A DNA stretch of 64,000 nt from Chiloscyllium plagiosum (taxonomy: Eukaryota). Below are positions 12,429-24,750 of the stretch, in pieces; the stretch's first letter is position 1, and every line of letters begins with the position of its first letter. Location: positions 45,038,286-45,102,285 of the forward strand of contig NC_057728.1 in the NCBI RefSeq assembly GCF_004010195.1. The letters run 5' to 3'. The translations under genes and the position numbers were made by a program. The notes below the pieces were generated by a model. It made no database searches. It was not told where the DNA came from and saw only the letters and a list, made by a program, of their open reading frames with translations.

Positions 12429-13489
12429 CTTGAGAATGGCAAAGAAGGATTTTCAGGTGAATTAATAATTGGACTTTGCTGAGTTATTCGAATTATATTA
12501 TAGATGAGAACAAGGAGCAAAATGAGCCCATACACTAGTTTAACAAAGATATTATTTAAGCAATTAAATACATTTTTTTCCGAAATCACAGACTTCCATC
12601 ATGGTTTACTTTAAAAAATCATTATAAAGTCTGGATGTTAGAATACATATTGCAAATTATCTTTTTTTAAAATCAAAGTACCATGTGTAGCCAGGCTATC
12701 ATGTATGTTATGACTTCCATATCTTTCTGTTAATTTGCTTCTTTGTGGTCTAATTGTCTTGTGTTTTATATTTTATAAATATTCATCCACCATGCTGCAC
12801 AAAGTAATTCTTATCACACCCTCTAACCAACCACTTGCAAGGGAAAATAACTTTTAATAAAAAAAACAAACAGGATATTTTCTTATCCCCATGTACTGCC
12901 CCCTATATCCCCTTCAAAGAAAAGGCAAACACTGAATCGTCACACAAACCATAAATATATCTACCATTCCAGCTTCAATTCCCCTGCCTTAATTGATGTT
13001 CTGAACTTGGGATAGAGCCTTCCTTCCCCCCCACATTCCACAGACTTCATGATTGTCACACAATTACCTGTCACAGATGTTCAGAAACTCCACCATAATC
13101 AGAGACAAAATGCATTTTCAGGGGAAACATTCCAATCCTTTGAACTAGTGCACTGCTGGGACTCAGAACCATTAAAAAGTGATGCATTTCTTTTTTTCAT
13201 GTAACACAGACTCCCTGAGGCATACGCGCTTGGGGATTTTGTCTCCATTGAATGAGCTTCTGATTTTAATTTAGTAAAGCTGCTGTCGGGTAATCAGAGA
13301 GAGACACACACACGAAAAGGTAAATTTTCATCTTCAATGCCAGTGTGATCAGTCGATGCGACCAAATGCCCATCCTCTGTAAAACTTCTCTTCCTTTTTT
13401 TTATTTGCCTGGTTTTCCCTCCAGGTGTTATTCCATGATGTTAAATGAAGGTAAAGGAATTGATCTAACTGAGTTTGGATGGGAGAAAG

Positions 13490-13840
13490 AGTGTGCTGGG
13501 GATGGTTGAGTGAGGGGTGGGTGTGATGGAGGGAGGAGCTGGATCTGTGAGTGTCTAGAACCAGGGTCACAGTCTCAGAATGAGGACCAACCCATTTAGG
13601 AAAGATAGGAGAATGAATTTCTTCACCCAGTTAGAATGATCTAAACCAGGGAGCTTTGACTGAGTATGTTGATGTCAGTGAGTATGTCAAAGACAGGAAT
13701 TGATAGATTTCTAGTTACTCAGGATATCAAGCAAGTTACAGATAGAACTGGAAAATGTGTCTGTAGATGATCAGCCATGATCTAGAACGGTGAAAGAGAC
13801 TTGAGAGGCTGAATGGTCTATTCCTGTTCCTAAGTCCTAG
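13490..13840 (+). mobile_element. CR1 LINE 3' fragment
   Basis: Contains agggtcacagtctcagaat and ends gatcagccatgatc...ggctgaatggtctattcctgttcct; similar 3' ends at about 31545-31760 and 29433-29800 (-). Confidence 0.6.
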
Positions 13841-15633
13841 AGCCAAAGACACAATGGTGGTTTGGGGTCCAGAGGGAAAATAAGCAACCAGATGTCTTTG
13901 CTGCTGCCTAAAAACATTTCAGAGACACCTGGCTTATTTTAGTTGTTACCACCACATTCAAAGAAAGAAGGTGCACAATTGGTGAACTGATTGGCAGCTT
14001 GTCATTTGGTAAGGTGGAAAACCTGGCAGTACAGGTATCTCACAAGGGCATCCAGTTTAAGGAAAGCAATGGGAGCTAAATAGAACAGCAGATTTGAACA
14101 GCACGAAAAGCAACAAAGAGATGGACTTTATAGCAGCCTTTAAGGCTCAGAACTCTCAAGAGACTAAGAAAACCTGCGTGAAATGCTTCCCTTTAAAGGA
14201 TACCAAATAAATAGTGTTACAATAGACTCTTCCTGACTTACGTCATCTATGGTTTATGGGCAGATTAAGAAAATACGAGCAGTCGCTGGGTAGTGAATGG
14301 GTTCCATGCTGAAATCCATTTGCATGTAAGTTTATTTACAAGTTGGAGCACAATTCAGGGTAATAGAGAACAACTGTTCATAAGTAAGGAAACATCCATA
14401 TATCACATCTTTAAACTTTAAAACCATGTCACATTTGTGAAAATGGGCATTTGTGAGTCAGATGTTTACAAATTGGGGAGATCTTCTAATCCAACAGTGC
14501 AAATTAAAACATAATGGTAAGGGTTCATATCATTTGACTTCTTCTTAAATACTTTAATTACTTTTCTCTCTGCTTGCATCTAGAGTTATAAATTATAATG
14601 TACTGACATGAACATTGATTCCACTTTTCTGGGATGCTGGAAAATTACTGTTTGAAATACAGAAATAAGAAAGGTACATTATTTTGATGGACACTTTTGT
14701 ACCATGTTCTATGAGACAAACAGAAAAACAGCTTGGAAGTAGAAGAAGCTAAAGTCAAACATTTGATTCAGGAAACTAGAAATGTTAAAGTAGGGTTATA
14801 TCATGACCCCAAGAGCCGAAGCTGCAGCTGAGGTATTCTAAGTAAACAAAACACATAGTAACATCAATTCTTGTTAGTGAAGTCTGGAATGATAAGATAG
14901 TGGTCAAGTTTACATGCCATCTTTATTGTCATTCAAATTAAAATGGATCTGTGATTTAGTAACAAGACAATGAGAAGAAGCTGTAAAATTACCAAGGGTA
15001 GTAGGGTACAAATAGTATGTGGCTTCAGCAACTCTTCCATTTCAGTGTAACAATTGCTCGATGCCTCCTGTGATGAAATTTTGTGTAATTCATCCCAGGT
15101 TGAAACCAAGAACCTACCATAAACTGATTGAAGCATGATGTTGTGACTTTTTTTTGCTAACTGCATTTTCTGAGCCCAGGTCATGAACAGTCAGGAAAAG
15201 AGTTTTTTTTCACCGTTTGGCTAGATTGTGTCAAAAACACATCACATCAACGTGAAAGGTTTGAATTTGAAGTATGTTTTGGATTGATTAATTCTCTGTT
15301 AAGAAATAGGGAAATATTCTTGTTCCAAAGATCAAAAAATTTAACCAGTTTCATAATTCTTTGTGTTAAATGAAGTCTGGATTCTTACGAGTAATGACTA
15401 AACATAGGCAGTGCTCTGAATCAAGCACAATGAGGTAATCTGTATGTCTCTTAAGCAAGACTCAAAATTTTCAGGCCTGTAATTTCTATTTGAGAATAAA
15501 TGAGTAAATATAATTTCTCATACTTCCAAATGTGACCAGAAATAAGTTGGATCACTGCAAAAATAGGTAGATCGGAGACAATCTGGAAAAAGATGGAAAT
15601 CTTAATACTGACAGAGTCAAGAAAAGCACTAAC

Positions 15634-15815
15634 CTTTCCTGAAGATTGAATGCCTTTGATCATGGCAAGACAAACCATAAGCCAGGCTATGAAGAGGCAG
15701 ATAGTCATTTTCCAATTCAGACCCCCACTCTCTGAGATAGAGTTAGATATATCCAGCGCCTCTCGGTACCAGAAATATGTAGTGGCAGAGCTTTTCTCAC
15801 ATTCAGGCACAACAA
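15634..15815 (-). CDS. SLC6A15: SLC6A15 coding exon 4 (182 nt; EL2, TM4)
   Basis: Acceptor cttttcag|, donor |gttagt; [61 protein letters not shown]. Confidence 0.97.
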
Positions 15816-15850
15816 CTGAAAAGACAGGAAGATATCCACATTTGTTCAAA

Positions 15851-16330
15851 AGAGTCATAAAGGTGTACAACTCGGAAACAGACCCTTCGGTCCAAATCTT
15901 CCATGTCGATCAGATATCCGAACCTATTCTAGTCCCATTTGCCAGCACTTGAGCCATATTCCTCTAAACCCTTCCTATTCATATACCCAATTAGATGCCT
16001 TTTAAATGATGTAATTGTATTAGCTTCCACCACTTCCTATGGCAGCTCATTTAATACAGGCACCACCCTTTGTATGAAGAAGTTGCCCCTTAGGTCCCTT
16101 TTAAATCTTTCCCTTTTCACCCTAAATCTATGCCCGCTAGTCTGGACTCCCCCATCCCAGGGAAAAGAGTTTGCCTATTTCCCCTATCCATGCCCCTCAT
16201 GATTTTATAAACCACTATAAAGTAACCCTCAACCTCTAATGCTCCCAGGAAAACAGCCCCAGCCTTTTCAACCTCTCCCTATAGTTCAAATCTTCCAACC
16301 CTAGCAACATGCGTGGAAATTTTTTCTGAA
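15851..16330 (-). mobile_element. CR1/HER1-type LINE 3' fragment
   Basis: Tail tatgactct on the minus strand; homologous to 41691-42065 and 56750-56935. Confidence 0.8.
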
Positions 16331-16566
16331 CACAATGTCATCTCCTAACAGTAGGATATTATTCAGCCCACTGTGTTTGTTCAAGCTCTTCAAATGAGAA
16401 ATGTTAACTAGAGCCAATCTCCTACTTTTATCCCATCATCCTTGAACACATGTCCAAATAATCATCCAATCCTCTCTTCAAAGCCTCTAATGAACCTGCC
16501 TCTACCACAGTTTCAGGCAGTGCTTTCCATAGCCTAACTACTTGCTGCCTTTTCTCATGTTGTAGA

Positions 16567-16747
16567 CATGATATGGAGGTGCTGGCATTGGACATGGGTG
16601 GACAAGGTCAGAAGTCACACGACACCAGGTATAGTCCAACAAGTTGATTTGAAATCACAGGTTTTTGGAGCATTGCCCCTTCATCAGATGACCTGACAAA
16701 GGAGCAGCGCTCCAAAACCTTGTGATTTCAGTGTGACCTCTGACCTT
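16567..16747. mobile_element. Palindromic PLE terminus, family B (degenerate)
   Basis: Inverted gaaatcacag...cttcatcag / ctgacaaaggagcagcgctcc...gtgatttc. Confidence 0.7.
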
Positions 16748-16797
16748 TTCTCACATCACCTTTGCTGTTTTTGCACAAAGTTTTGTTGGATACTCAC

Positions 16798-16924
16798 AGG
16801 TCTGGCTGCCATTTTTTTCCAAGGGACATTGATCCCAGGGCAATGGATGCTGAAAGGACTTTGACAAATAAAAGAAGCTCCATCCAATAATAACATTATA
16901 GTACAGAGCGACAAAGAAGCACAC
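16798..16924 (-). CDS. SLC6A15: SLC6A15 coding exon 3 (127 nt; TM3, start of EL2)
   Basis: Acceptor ttgtag|, donor |gtgagt; [42 protein letters not shown], with an NGS sequon. Not in the ORF track. Confidence 0.96.
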
Positions 16925-18279
16925 CTACAATGAAAACAACAAGAAGTATTTTATAATCCTTTCACTGGCCTGAATACAAGACATCCCACTGATTTTTTCT
17001 TATTAACAATATTTTCAAAAAATTCCTTTCCATTTAGACCAATTATAATCTGCAAATCATGCTGTGCTGAAATAGCATTTAATTGTAGACATCAAATTCC
17101 TTTCATTGCATAGTTAACACTGTTGGAGATTTGATATGAATGCATTCAATTAACGCATTCTATGTTATTCCAATTTTCTGGGTTGAAAGTTATTCGAACC
17201 TGTCAAGTTTGTAGCTGAGTCATGACCATCAAATCTTTGAATATGTTTTCTACCCTATAACTTTCAATGATTGAAAAGAAATTTCCGAAGTAATTTGTTT
17301 CACTTGTTTAATGACTAGTCACTGACGGAAGAAGGACAGCAATTGTATTAGCTTGAATCAGATCTCACATGTTTAAGTGTAGAAAAGCAATAAGAATTCT
17401 ATGGGTCTTATGCTTTTTAATCAAATGTGATTCATTGAATAAGTCAGTGTGGAAGTGTGAAAATAAAGCTGGGTTGTGTCAGTATAGATGAAATTGGTGC
17501 TGTGTATTGTGTATATGAAGGACCACTAAGAGAATGAAGTAGCAATACAGATTTAACAGGAATCTCCAATTTGTATCCCTTCTGTAACTAAGATCTTGGG
17601 AAACATTAAATTTCCTTCCCCTGTCATTGTAACAAACATGCACGCTTAAAAATAATTCATTCTGTCGTTGTCAATGGCACATATTTCCTAATTAAGTTCA
17701 GGATTTACAGCAAAACAAAAGCCGTCTGGCCGGTAATTGACCTCTTGATCTGTGTCATACAATAAGTTTCTAATTGATCAGGAAGGCATGAAGAATCAAA
17801 GCCATAATTTTTCCTTAAAGGTACATACAGAACTCTCAATATTTATTTGATCTTGGAAGAAAATGTTGGAGTCCAAACGTTTTTTGGACTTTTCAGGCAA
17901 GGAACTTACAGATTTTCTTGACGTTCTGCGGAAATTAACTGCAAGATGATTAACATTTTTTCAATATTTTTCTCATTTCAAACTTTGTTCAGGATTCAGT
18001 TGACCTGTTAGGCAGGGAAGCAAATGCCATGTAATGTGAGCATTCTGACCAGACAGGAGAGGGCCAAGTTGGACATCATGAGGAACTTAATTATGAGAGT
18101 CAAACTGGAGGAGTCAGCCCATTTCTTTAACATTCTTTCACAGGATGTGGGCATAACCTGTTAGACCACCATTTATCAACGACAGCTCACTGTCAGTGAA
18201 AAAGAGGTGATAAACAATGGGAGTCTGTGCCAAAATGTGCTTGTTAGAATTGAAGAAGAGTCCTATTTCTCCTATCTCC

Positions 18280-18751
18280 ATGATGCGGAGGTGCCGGTGT
18301 TGGACTGGGATGGACAAAGTTAAAAATCACACAAAACCAGGTTATTTGGAAGTACGAGTGTTCAGAGTGCTGCTCCTTCATCAGGTAGCTAGTGGGGCAG
18401 GATCATAAGACACAGAACTTATTGCAAAAGATCAGTGCCACGCAATTAAAACGATATATTGAACAAGCCTAGATTATTGTTATGTCTTTCATCTTTTAGA
18501 ATGAGCATTGCAAGTTTCAGTTCATTAATACTTAAATCCCAGAACTTCTTTTAAGTCACATTCTTGAGATAACTTAAGGTTATCTAGGTTTATTCAATAT
18601 ATCGTTTTAATTGCATGACACTGATCTTTTGCTCTCAATTCTGTGTCTTATGATCCTGCTCCACTAGTTATCTGATGAAGAAGCAGCGCTCTGAAAGCTA
18701 GTACTTCTAAATAAATCTGTTGGACTATAACCTGGTGTTGTGATTTTTAAC
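18280..18751. mobile_element. Long palindromic PLE insertion, family B
   Basis: Inverted arms about 170 bp; TSD tttctcct(a/t)tctcc (18266-18279 / 18752-18765). Confidence 0.78.
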
Positions 18752-20448
18752 TTTCTCCTTTCTCCTGCAGTGCAATGAAAATACCTGCCTCAGGCATCTC
18801 ACCTCCTTTTAATTTCAAGGTTCCTGAGATACAGAATTCATGGCAAAAAAAAACAATCAGGTGAAATGGAAGCAGATGTACTCCTCACCCAACTCCATTA
18901 AAAGCAGAAGTGGAACAGCTCAGTCTGGATTTGAGAATTTAAAAGCTTTTTATCTTCCCACCCACCTTTCGAAAGTTAAAATTTGTTAAGTTGCACACAG
19001 CTGTACTTCAACAGCAAAACAATACTGCTTCCTGCCTTTCACATGAATTCATCATTTCAAGAAATGCATGAATATACCTGGATTACTGATTTATGGTTCT
19101 GAAATTAATTAAACTAGATTTTTATTGCAACCAAAAATGGAAGATTTTCCCGTTGGAATGGTTGGGTCATGGCTTTCTTGAAGCTGTAAATAGTGAAGCT
19201 CAATAATTATATCTGTTTAGCTATGCCTTAAAAATTTTAAAATGCAGAAAATACGGGAGGGGGGGGGCGTATGAGAGACAGTAACCCAGATTATAGACAG
19301 TCAAGGATATTGGGAGTGTGGTTCTAGAGTCTGGGGCTCCAGGATTGGGAATATTGGTGATGGGTTCCTGGGTTTGGAAGTAAAGGGACTCGGGTATGGA
19401 ATTTATGGAACCAAAATCTGGAAGCAGTGGGAGGATGCTCTGAAGCTGAATTGTATTGGAATACTGACTTGTGATCTTGGATGTAATGTAATTGAGTGTG
19501 AAAGCATGGAAGAGGATCTTTGCAGTAAGATTCTGGGAAGTGGGGGTGACTGAGAAGTCACTGTGAACTTTCCAGTGCCTGGGATCAATGGGAAGAGCAT
19601 GCTGACCTTATATCAATTAATAAAGTAGCAACATTTTATATATACACACTGACATAAAATCAACAAATAAAGTATACAAGCTCTAAATGCTCAGGAAACT
19701 TTTAATGACAACCTGCCCCTGCTTGTAGCATGGCTCATTGCCACACTCCTTTATAACCATGACCTGTACTACCTCAAGGTTCCTTAAAGTACTTCAAATA
19801 CTTTTACTTTTAAATAAAACAACATTACAAATGACTTGAATAAATTAATGCTGACTCCTAGGTCACAGCTAAGAATGTACCAATCTGCTATTCCTTGAAA
19901 ATAGGGAAAGGGGGATGTGGAAACAGCAAAACTTCAAATCAGAGCTTGACCTTCATATGTTTCAGCCAAATGCAAGCAGTGCAAACTGTATTTCAGGTTA
20001 CCGGGGCTTAAGCGAGTCACACAAGAAGGAGAAATCCATCAGATGAAACTAGAAGAAATAGGGAAGTTTAAGCAAGAAAGCTTGAGAATTATTCTGCTTT
20101 GCATTCAGGACCTTGTTTCTATCTGTCACCTTTGATACATTATGAATGGCCCCTGATAATTCTCATAATGATACAGTAAAACTGCAATGCTGATAACGAA
20201 TGTAAAAATGAAGTCTCTGATGAATGGTAAATTCGGCTCTGTTTCTGATATCATTATGCAACAATCTTGAGGAACCGCAGAGTGAGAAAGTGAAGTCTTG
20301 GCCCCTCCCATCCCTGGAGAAAAAAAGGGAGAAGTTAGATATTTAAAGCAAAACCTCAAAGGCTCTGGGGTGAAAGTGCTATAGCACACACTGACTTGTG
20401 TCAAAGTTACTGCTAAATTCACTCCACTCTGTCAACAACGTCCTAGGT

Positions 20449-21080
20449 TGGATTTTATCAGCCCCTCGGGGATGAGCTGTGAGGTAAGAAGTCAGGCAAA
20501 TCTTAGAAAACAGCACGTGGTGAAGGCATCATATTCCTACTGCTTTGCCATCTTTCCATTGGTGGGAAAGGTGGCATTTGGTCTGTCAATTCAAGGCCTA
20601 TTTAAGTAAATAATTAGGGTCTCTTCCTTCCCCCAGTGGCATCTTGCAAGCATCCAGGTTTCCTCTATCATGTGCAGCAAGTGCCATATACACTCTGGCA
20701 GCTGTCTCTGGGAAGGTACTGTCTTCCTTTGCTGGCTAAGCATTGCCAACATTCAGCAACCCCATAAACCTCCAGGAGTCTGCATGATTTGCCCCAGTAA
20801 TCTCCAGACAACACAAAACCATTGATGCACCCTTATCCTGGAGATGTAATCCCAGCAATGGCCACCATTAGTAGTGGCAGCACTGACGCTGCTGAGCTGT
20901 TGGCCTTCTGGTTGGGCAGCAACTCCTGGGGGCGATATGCCATCTTTAACAGGTAGAGCGGGTCACTGACAGGGTGTGAGCCAGGCTCCAGACTGACTGC
21001 CAAAACAGATTTTCCCCTCCTCCTCCACCCCTTTTCAGCTCCACTGATGGGACCTCTGATGCCTCCATAAAATTCAGTCC
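20449..21080. mobile_element. Possible old non-autonomous DNA transposon
   Basis: GC-richer block bounded by imperfect inverted ends ggattttat / ataaaattc. Confidence 0.3.
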
Positions 21081-21689
21081 CAAGCTTGAAGCTTTGACTG
21101 AACAAAGTTGGTTTGGACCACGACCACAACAAGCATTTCTTTGCAGAACAAACAGAATTAAACCTGTTTTGTTCCATGCTGTAAACAAATTTTTCCTCCC
21201 CCCAAAAATATCAAAGATGATATATTTAATACCAATACTTTTGATGAATTATAGTTCATAAAATAACTAATTCTCTTTTTTCAAATGGACACAAGACTCA
21301 TGCATTAAACATCTGGTTGAGAAACAGACTTTGCAGAGAAGCTCAGGGTTATGGGCTTACAGTCCCACTTCCCATTTGTGCAATTTTCTTTCATACATTA
21401 ATTCTCATTATTGTTTAAAATTGGTCTCTTGAAGTTCAAGACTTTGAAAAAACTCATTTCCCCTCAATCAGTGGTATTTTATAGAAAAACAGAGGCAGCC
21501 AATTGGAATATAGGAAAATTTTCATTGGGCGACAAGCAGAACTTAAAAATGCTCAGAGGGCAGGATTTTTCTCGCTCCTGTCACACAGTTACACAATGCT
21601 CTCGATGGTTTCCACCTCTCACTTGTGGGACAAGTCTTACCTCAGAGAGCTGCCAGTTGATCCGATTGGTCAGCAACTCTGTAGCCCAG

Positions 21690-21898
21690 ACAACATGGTC
21701 AGTTAGTTCAGTTGACTGGATAGATGCTTTGCAATGTGGAGTGATATCAACACTGTCTGAGGTTACCATGAATATCTCTCCTTCTCAACCGCTCCCCTTG
21801 TCCGGGGCACGGTGTCTCGCAGGTTAAAACATCACCAGTCATCTCTCTTTAATGAGAGAGCAGTCCTATGATTTGGTAAGGCTATGGTTACTTTACCT
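21690..21898 (+). mobile_element. Short interspersed repeat (SINE-like), 3 copies in window
   Basis: Homologous to 27762-27970 (+) and 35811-35995 (-); shared gaggttaccatg...caggttaaa...accagtc...tctctaatgag...actttacct. Confidence 0.55.
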
Positions 21899-23366
21899 TT
21901 AATTCAATCAGCACCTGTAATAGTCATGACCATGACTGGGACTACAATAATTTGCCAAATTCTAAAATCCCAGAGCCCAGGAATCAGATACGAGCTGGAG
22001 AGAAAAGGTGAGTGCAAGAGCACTGGAAGTATCAAAGCAGGTGTCAGCAATGCGAGTGATTACCCACAGGAGGCAGACATTAGCAGAAGGGGAGAGTGTT
22101 GACATGCCTTTCCACCCCCAATGTGTGAGCAGGCTGACCTGCTAGGCTGTATTCCTACCCGTGAACCCCTCCAGCCGCCTTCAAAATTGAGGGTGGGTGA
22201 GATGCAGCCATTAAGTGTCTAATAATTGCAGTGGATCAAAGGCAGAATGTTATGTCCCCTCCCCCCACCAACATCCTCCACTTCCACCCCCCCAATCATC
22301 CCACCCTGCGTTTTCAGTTGAGGAAGTTGGTAAAATTCCCCTCTGCTCTCATCACTGCCCTCCCACCTGGCTTCAATCTAATCCCAACTGGATGCAGAGC
22401 AGTGGATGAAGACAACCTGCCCTTGTCCCATAAAATATGCCAATTGAACAACCACTAATGTGTTAAATAACTTATTAACGCATTCAATTTGCCTCCCACT
22501 CTTTCCTTCTTGCTCTTGATTCTCTCATTTGCTGGTTTTCACTTCCTGCCTTTGTCCCGGTCACTGAATTGCCAACTCGCTGCCTCTTTCCTGCTCGCCA
22601 CCCCTTCCTGGTGACTGCTTTCCTCTCCCATTCCTTTTTGTTTACTGTCACTTTCTCCTGAATCCTGGCTGTGAGTAAGGGTTCAAGAAGTGAGTGGGGT
22701 GAGGGGGTGGTGCAAGATGGGAGAAAGTTAGGGAGGGATTGAGAATGTCAAATAGGAGGACCAGCAAGTATGAGAGAGACAGTTGCTAGGGAGATGGTGA
22801 GCGGGTCATAGAAAAGATAATTGTCTGCATAGAGACTTTGAATTTTTATTTGGCGGCAACAACAGTGAAGCTGCTACAAAAATGCAATGCATTTCACATC
22901 AGAAGAGTTGCCAATGGAAGGCCAAATATATAGCGAATTGTCCAAATGGCCTGACTCCACATCTCTGCAGCTAATTGCCTTGGCGCACTTTTAACCAATA
23001 TTGTACAGAGAGTTAGCCATTAAATTAAAGCTTATAATTACACGTACAGTGAGTTTTAATTATACTTGCTGCTGATCTGTAATTTTCAAATAACTGTAAG
23101 AAATGCTGAGATTTTTTGTTCCTTTAAAATAGCTCAAAGGTGCAATGTTTGCCATTAATTCCAATGTTTGATGAATCAGTTTAAAACACCAATATTTCAA
23201 TCATCTCTTTTGATGCTCTAAAAATGCTCATGTGATTGGATCAGAACAAAGCAACCTTTCTGTCCAATTAGAGACAAATTGGAAACGTGGGGAAATTAAA
23301 TTACTTCCTCAGGCATCATTCACTAATTCTTTGTGACCTTGCAAGATAAAACATTTAAAAACATAC

Positions 23367-23524
23367 AATGCAGCTTGAAAATCCAATTCCTCCAAGTCTG
23401 GGGCTGATGAAATTCCATACACCAATACTGCCACGTCGGATCCTTTGGCCCACAGCAAGCTCCAAGAAAAACAGTGGGATCCCAATAATGAGCAGTAAAA
23501 GCAAATAAGGCATGAGGTAGGCAC
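23367..23524 (-). CDS. SLC6A15: SLC6A15 coding exon 2 (158 nt; TM2)
   Basis: Acceptor ttttag|, donor |gtatgt; [53 protein letters not shown]. This frame is not in the ORF track. Confidence 0.97.
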
Positions 23525-24280
23525 CTAAAAAAGACAGAAAATGGTTTTAGAATAAACTAACATTTTTGTACAGTTGTTTTAACTAATACAGGGGCATGCG
23601 CAATTTGGACTGAAGGGCCTGTTTCTATGCTTTACACCACCATGACTTCATTCAATACAAAGTCGTAAAGATTTGTGATATATTTATTGTTTATGAAACA
23701 CCTGAATTTTGATTCATCAATTTTGTGGCATACTTTTCAAACTGGTGGACGTTAATTATATTGAGATCATATTTTCATGCTTTTGTTTCAAACAGATGCA
23801 CTTTAATCAATATTTTTAAAAATCATTTTACTTTACTGCACTAAGTAAGATATATTCATTCAATCTGTTTTTCTAAACTATGTGTATAAAACTTCATAAA
23901 TGTGCAAGTCAGCCTCAGAGCTCAAAACAGAGCATGCCAGTGTCACTACACAATAAATGAGCTTCATGATACACTTCTGCTTGAACCGATCACAAAACTC
24001 CAAATTAATAGACATGGCTGCGCATAAATTTGAGAATGGAATGCAAACAATAATCCTTCAAGTCATAAGAAAAGTAATTATACTTAATTATAAAATAACA
24101 TAATCAGTTTCCTCATTTTCAAACACAGCACCCACTGGTCACGGTAATTACAAAATTTTGAAAACTACAAAAGAATTAAAATGATACAAACTAATCCTGT
24201 CTTAATTAAGGAGAGCATTGAGTTATTGCTCAATGCGTGTTCTAGCTCTAAGGAGAATATTTTGGTTGTTGTGCACTTAC

Positions 24281-24572
24281 CTCCACCATTTTTTTGGCAT
24301 AAATATGGGAATCGCCATACGTTGCCTAAGCCAACTGAGAATCCAACTTGTGCCAGAATATACTGAAGTTTGCTATTCCAGGCTGGCCTTTCTTCTTCAA
24401 TATCAGATCCTTCTTCAATGTCCACATCTTTGTCAGTTTGGGAGTCATCTACATATAATGCACTCTTTTTAAATTGATCATCATTCATGTCCTCATTGGA
24501 AAGAAGGTCCTTGACAGACTCTGTGACATCTTCATCAAGTTCCCTCTTTGCAACTTTGCTATTTTTAGGCAT
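24281..24572 (-). CDS. SLC6A15: SLC6A15 first coding exon (292 nt coding; N-terminus, TM1)
   Basis: ATG at 24572; MPKNSKV...[36 protein letters not shown] contains the SLC6/NSS signature; donor G|GTAAG, phase 1. Confidence 0.97.
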
Positions 24573-24750
24573 TGGAAATGCTAGATCACTGATTCTGTAA
24601 CACTGTACGAAAGTCTAGCAGCAATACATTCAGTCAAATGTAACTTGATGCAAAGAAACAAGCAGTGATACCAACAGACAAGCTGATGAATAGTTATTGA
24701 AGTCCTGAGATGATGTGAGTCTGACAGAATATTCCGTAGTTCAAAATCTG
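24573..24750 (-). other. SLC6A15: 5'UTR part of the first coding exon
   Basis: Pyrimidine tract and tandem acceptor tttttcttcag|cag| at 24753-24748, 178 nt upstream of the ATG. Confidence 0.7.

Noticed and set aside
14279..14490. Possible Tigger-like MITE
   Set aside because: The terminal inverted repeats are too degenerate to confirm by eye.
24165..24572. Assignment to SLC6A17
   Set aside because: Both paralogues start MPKNSKV, but [20 protein letters not shown] and [10 protein letters not shown] follow the SLC6A15 pattern.
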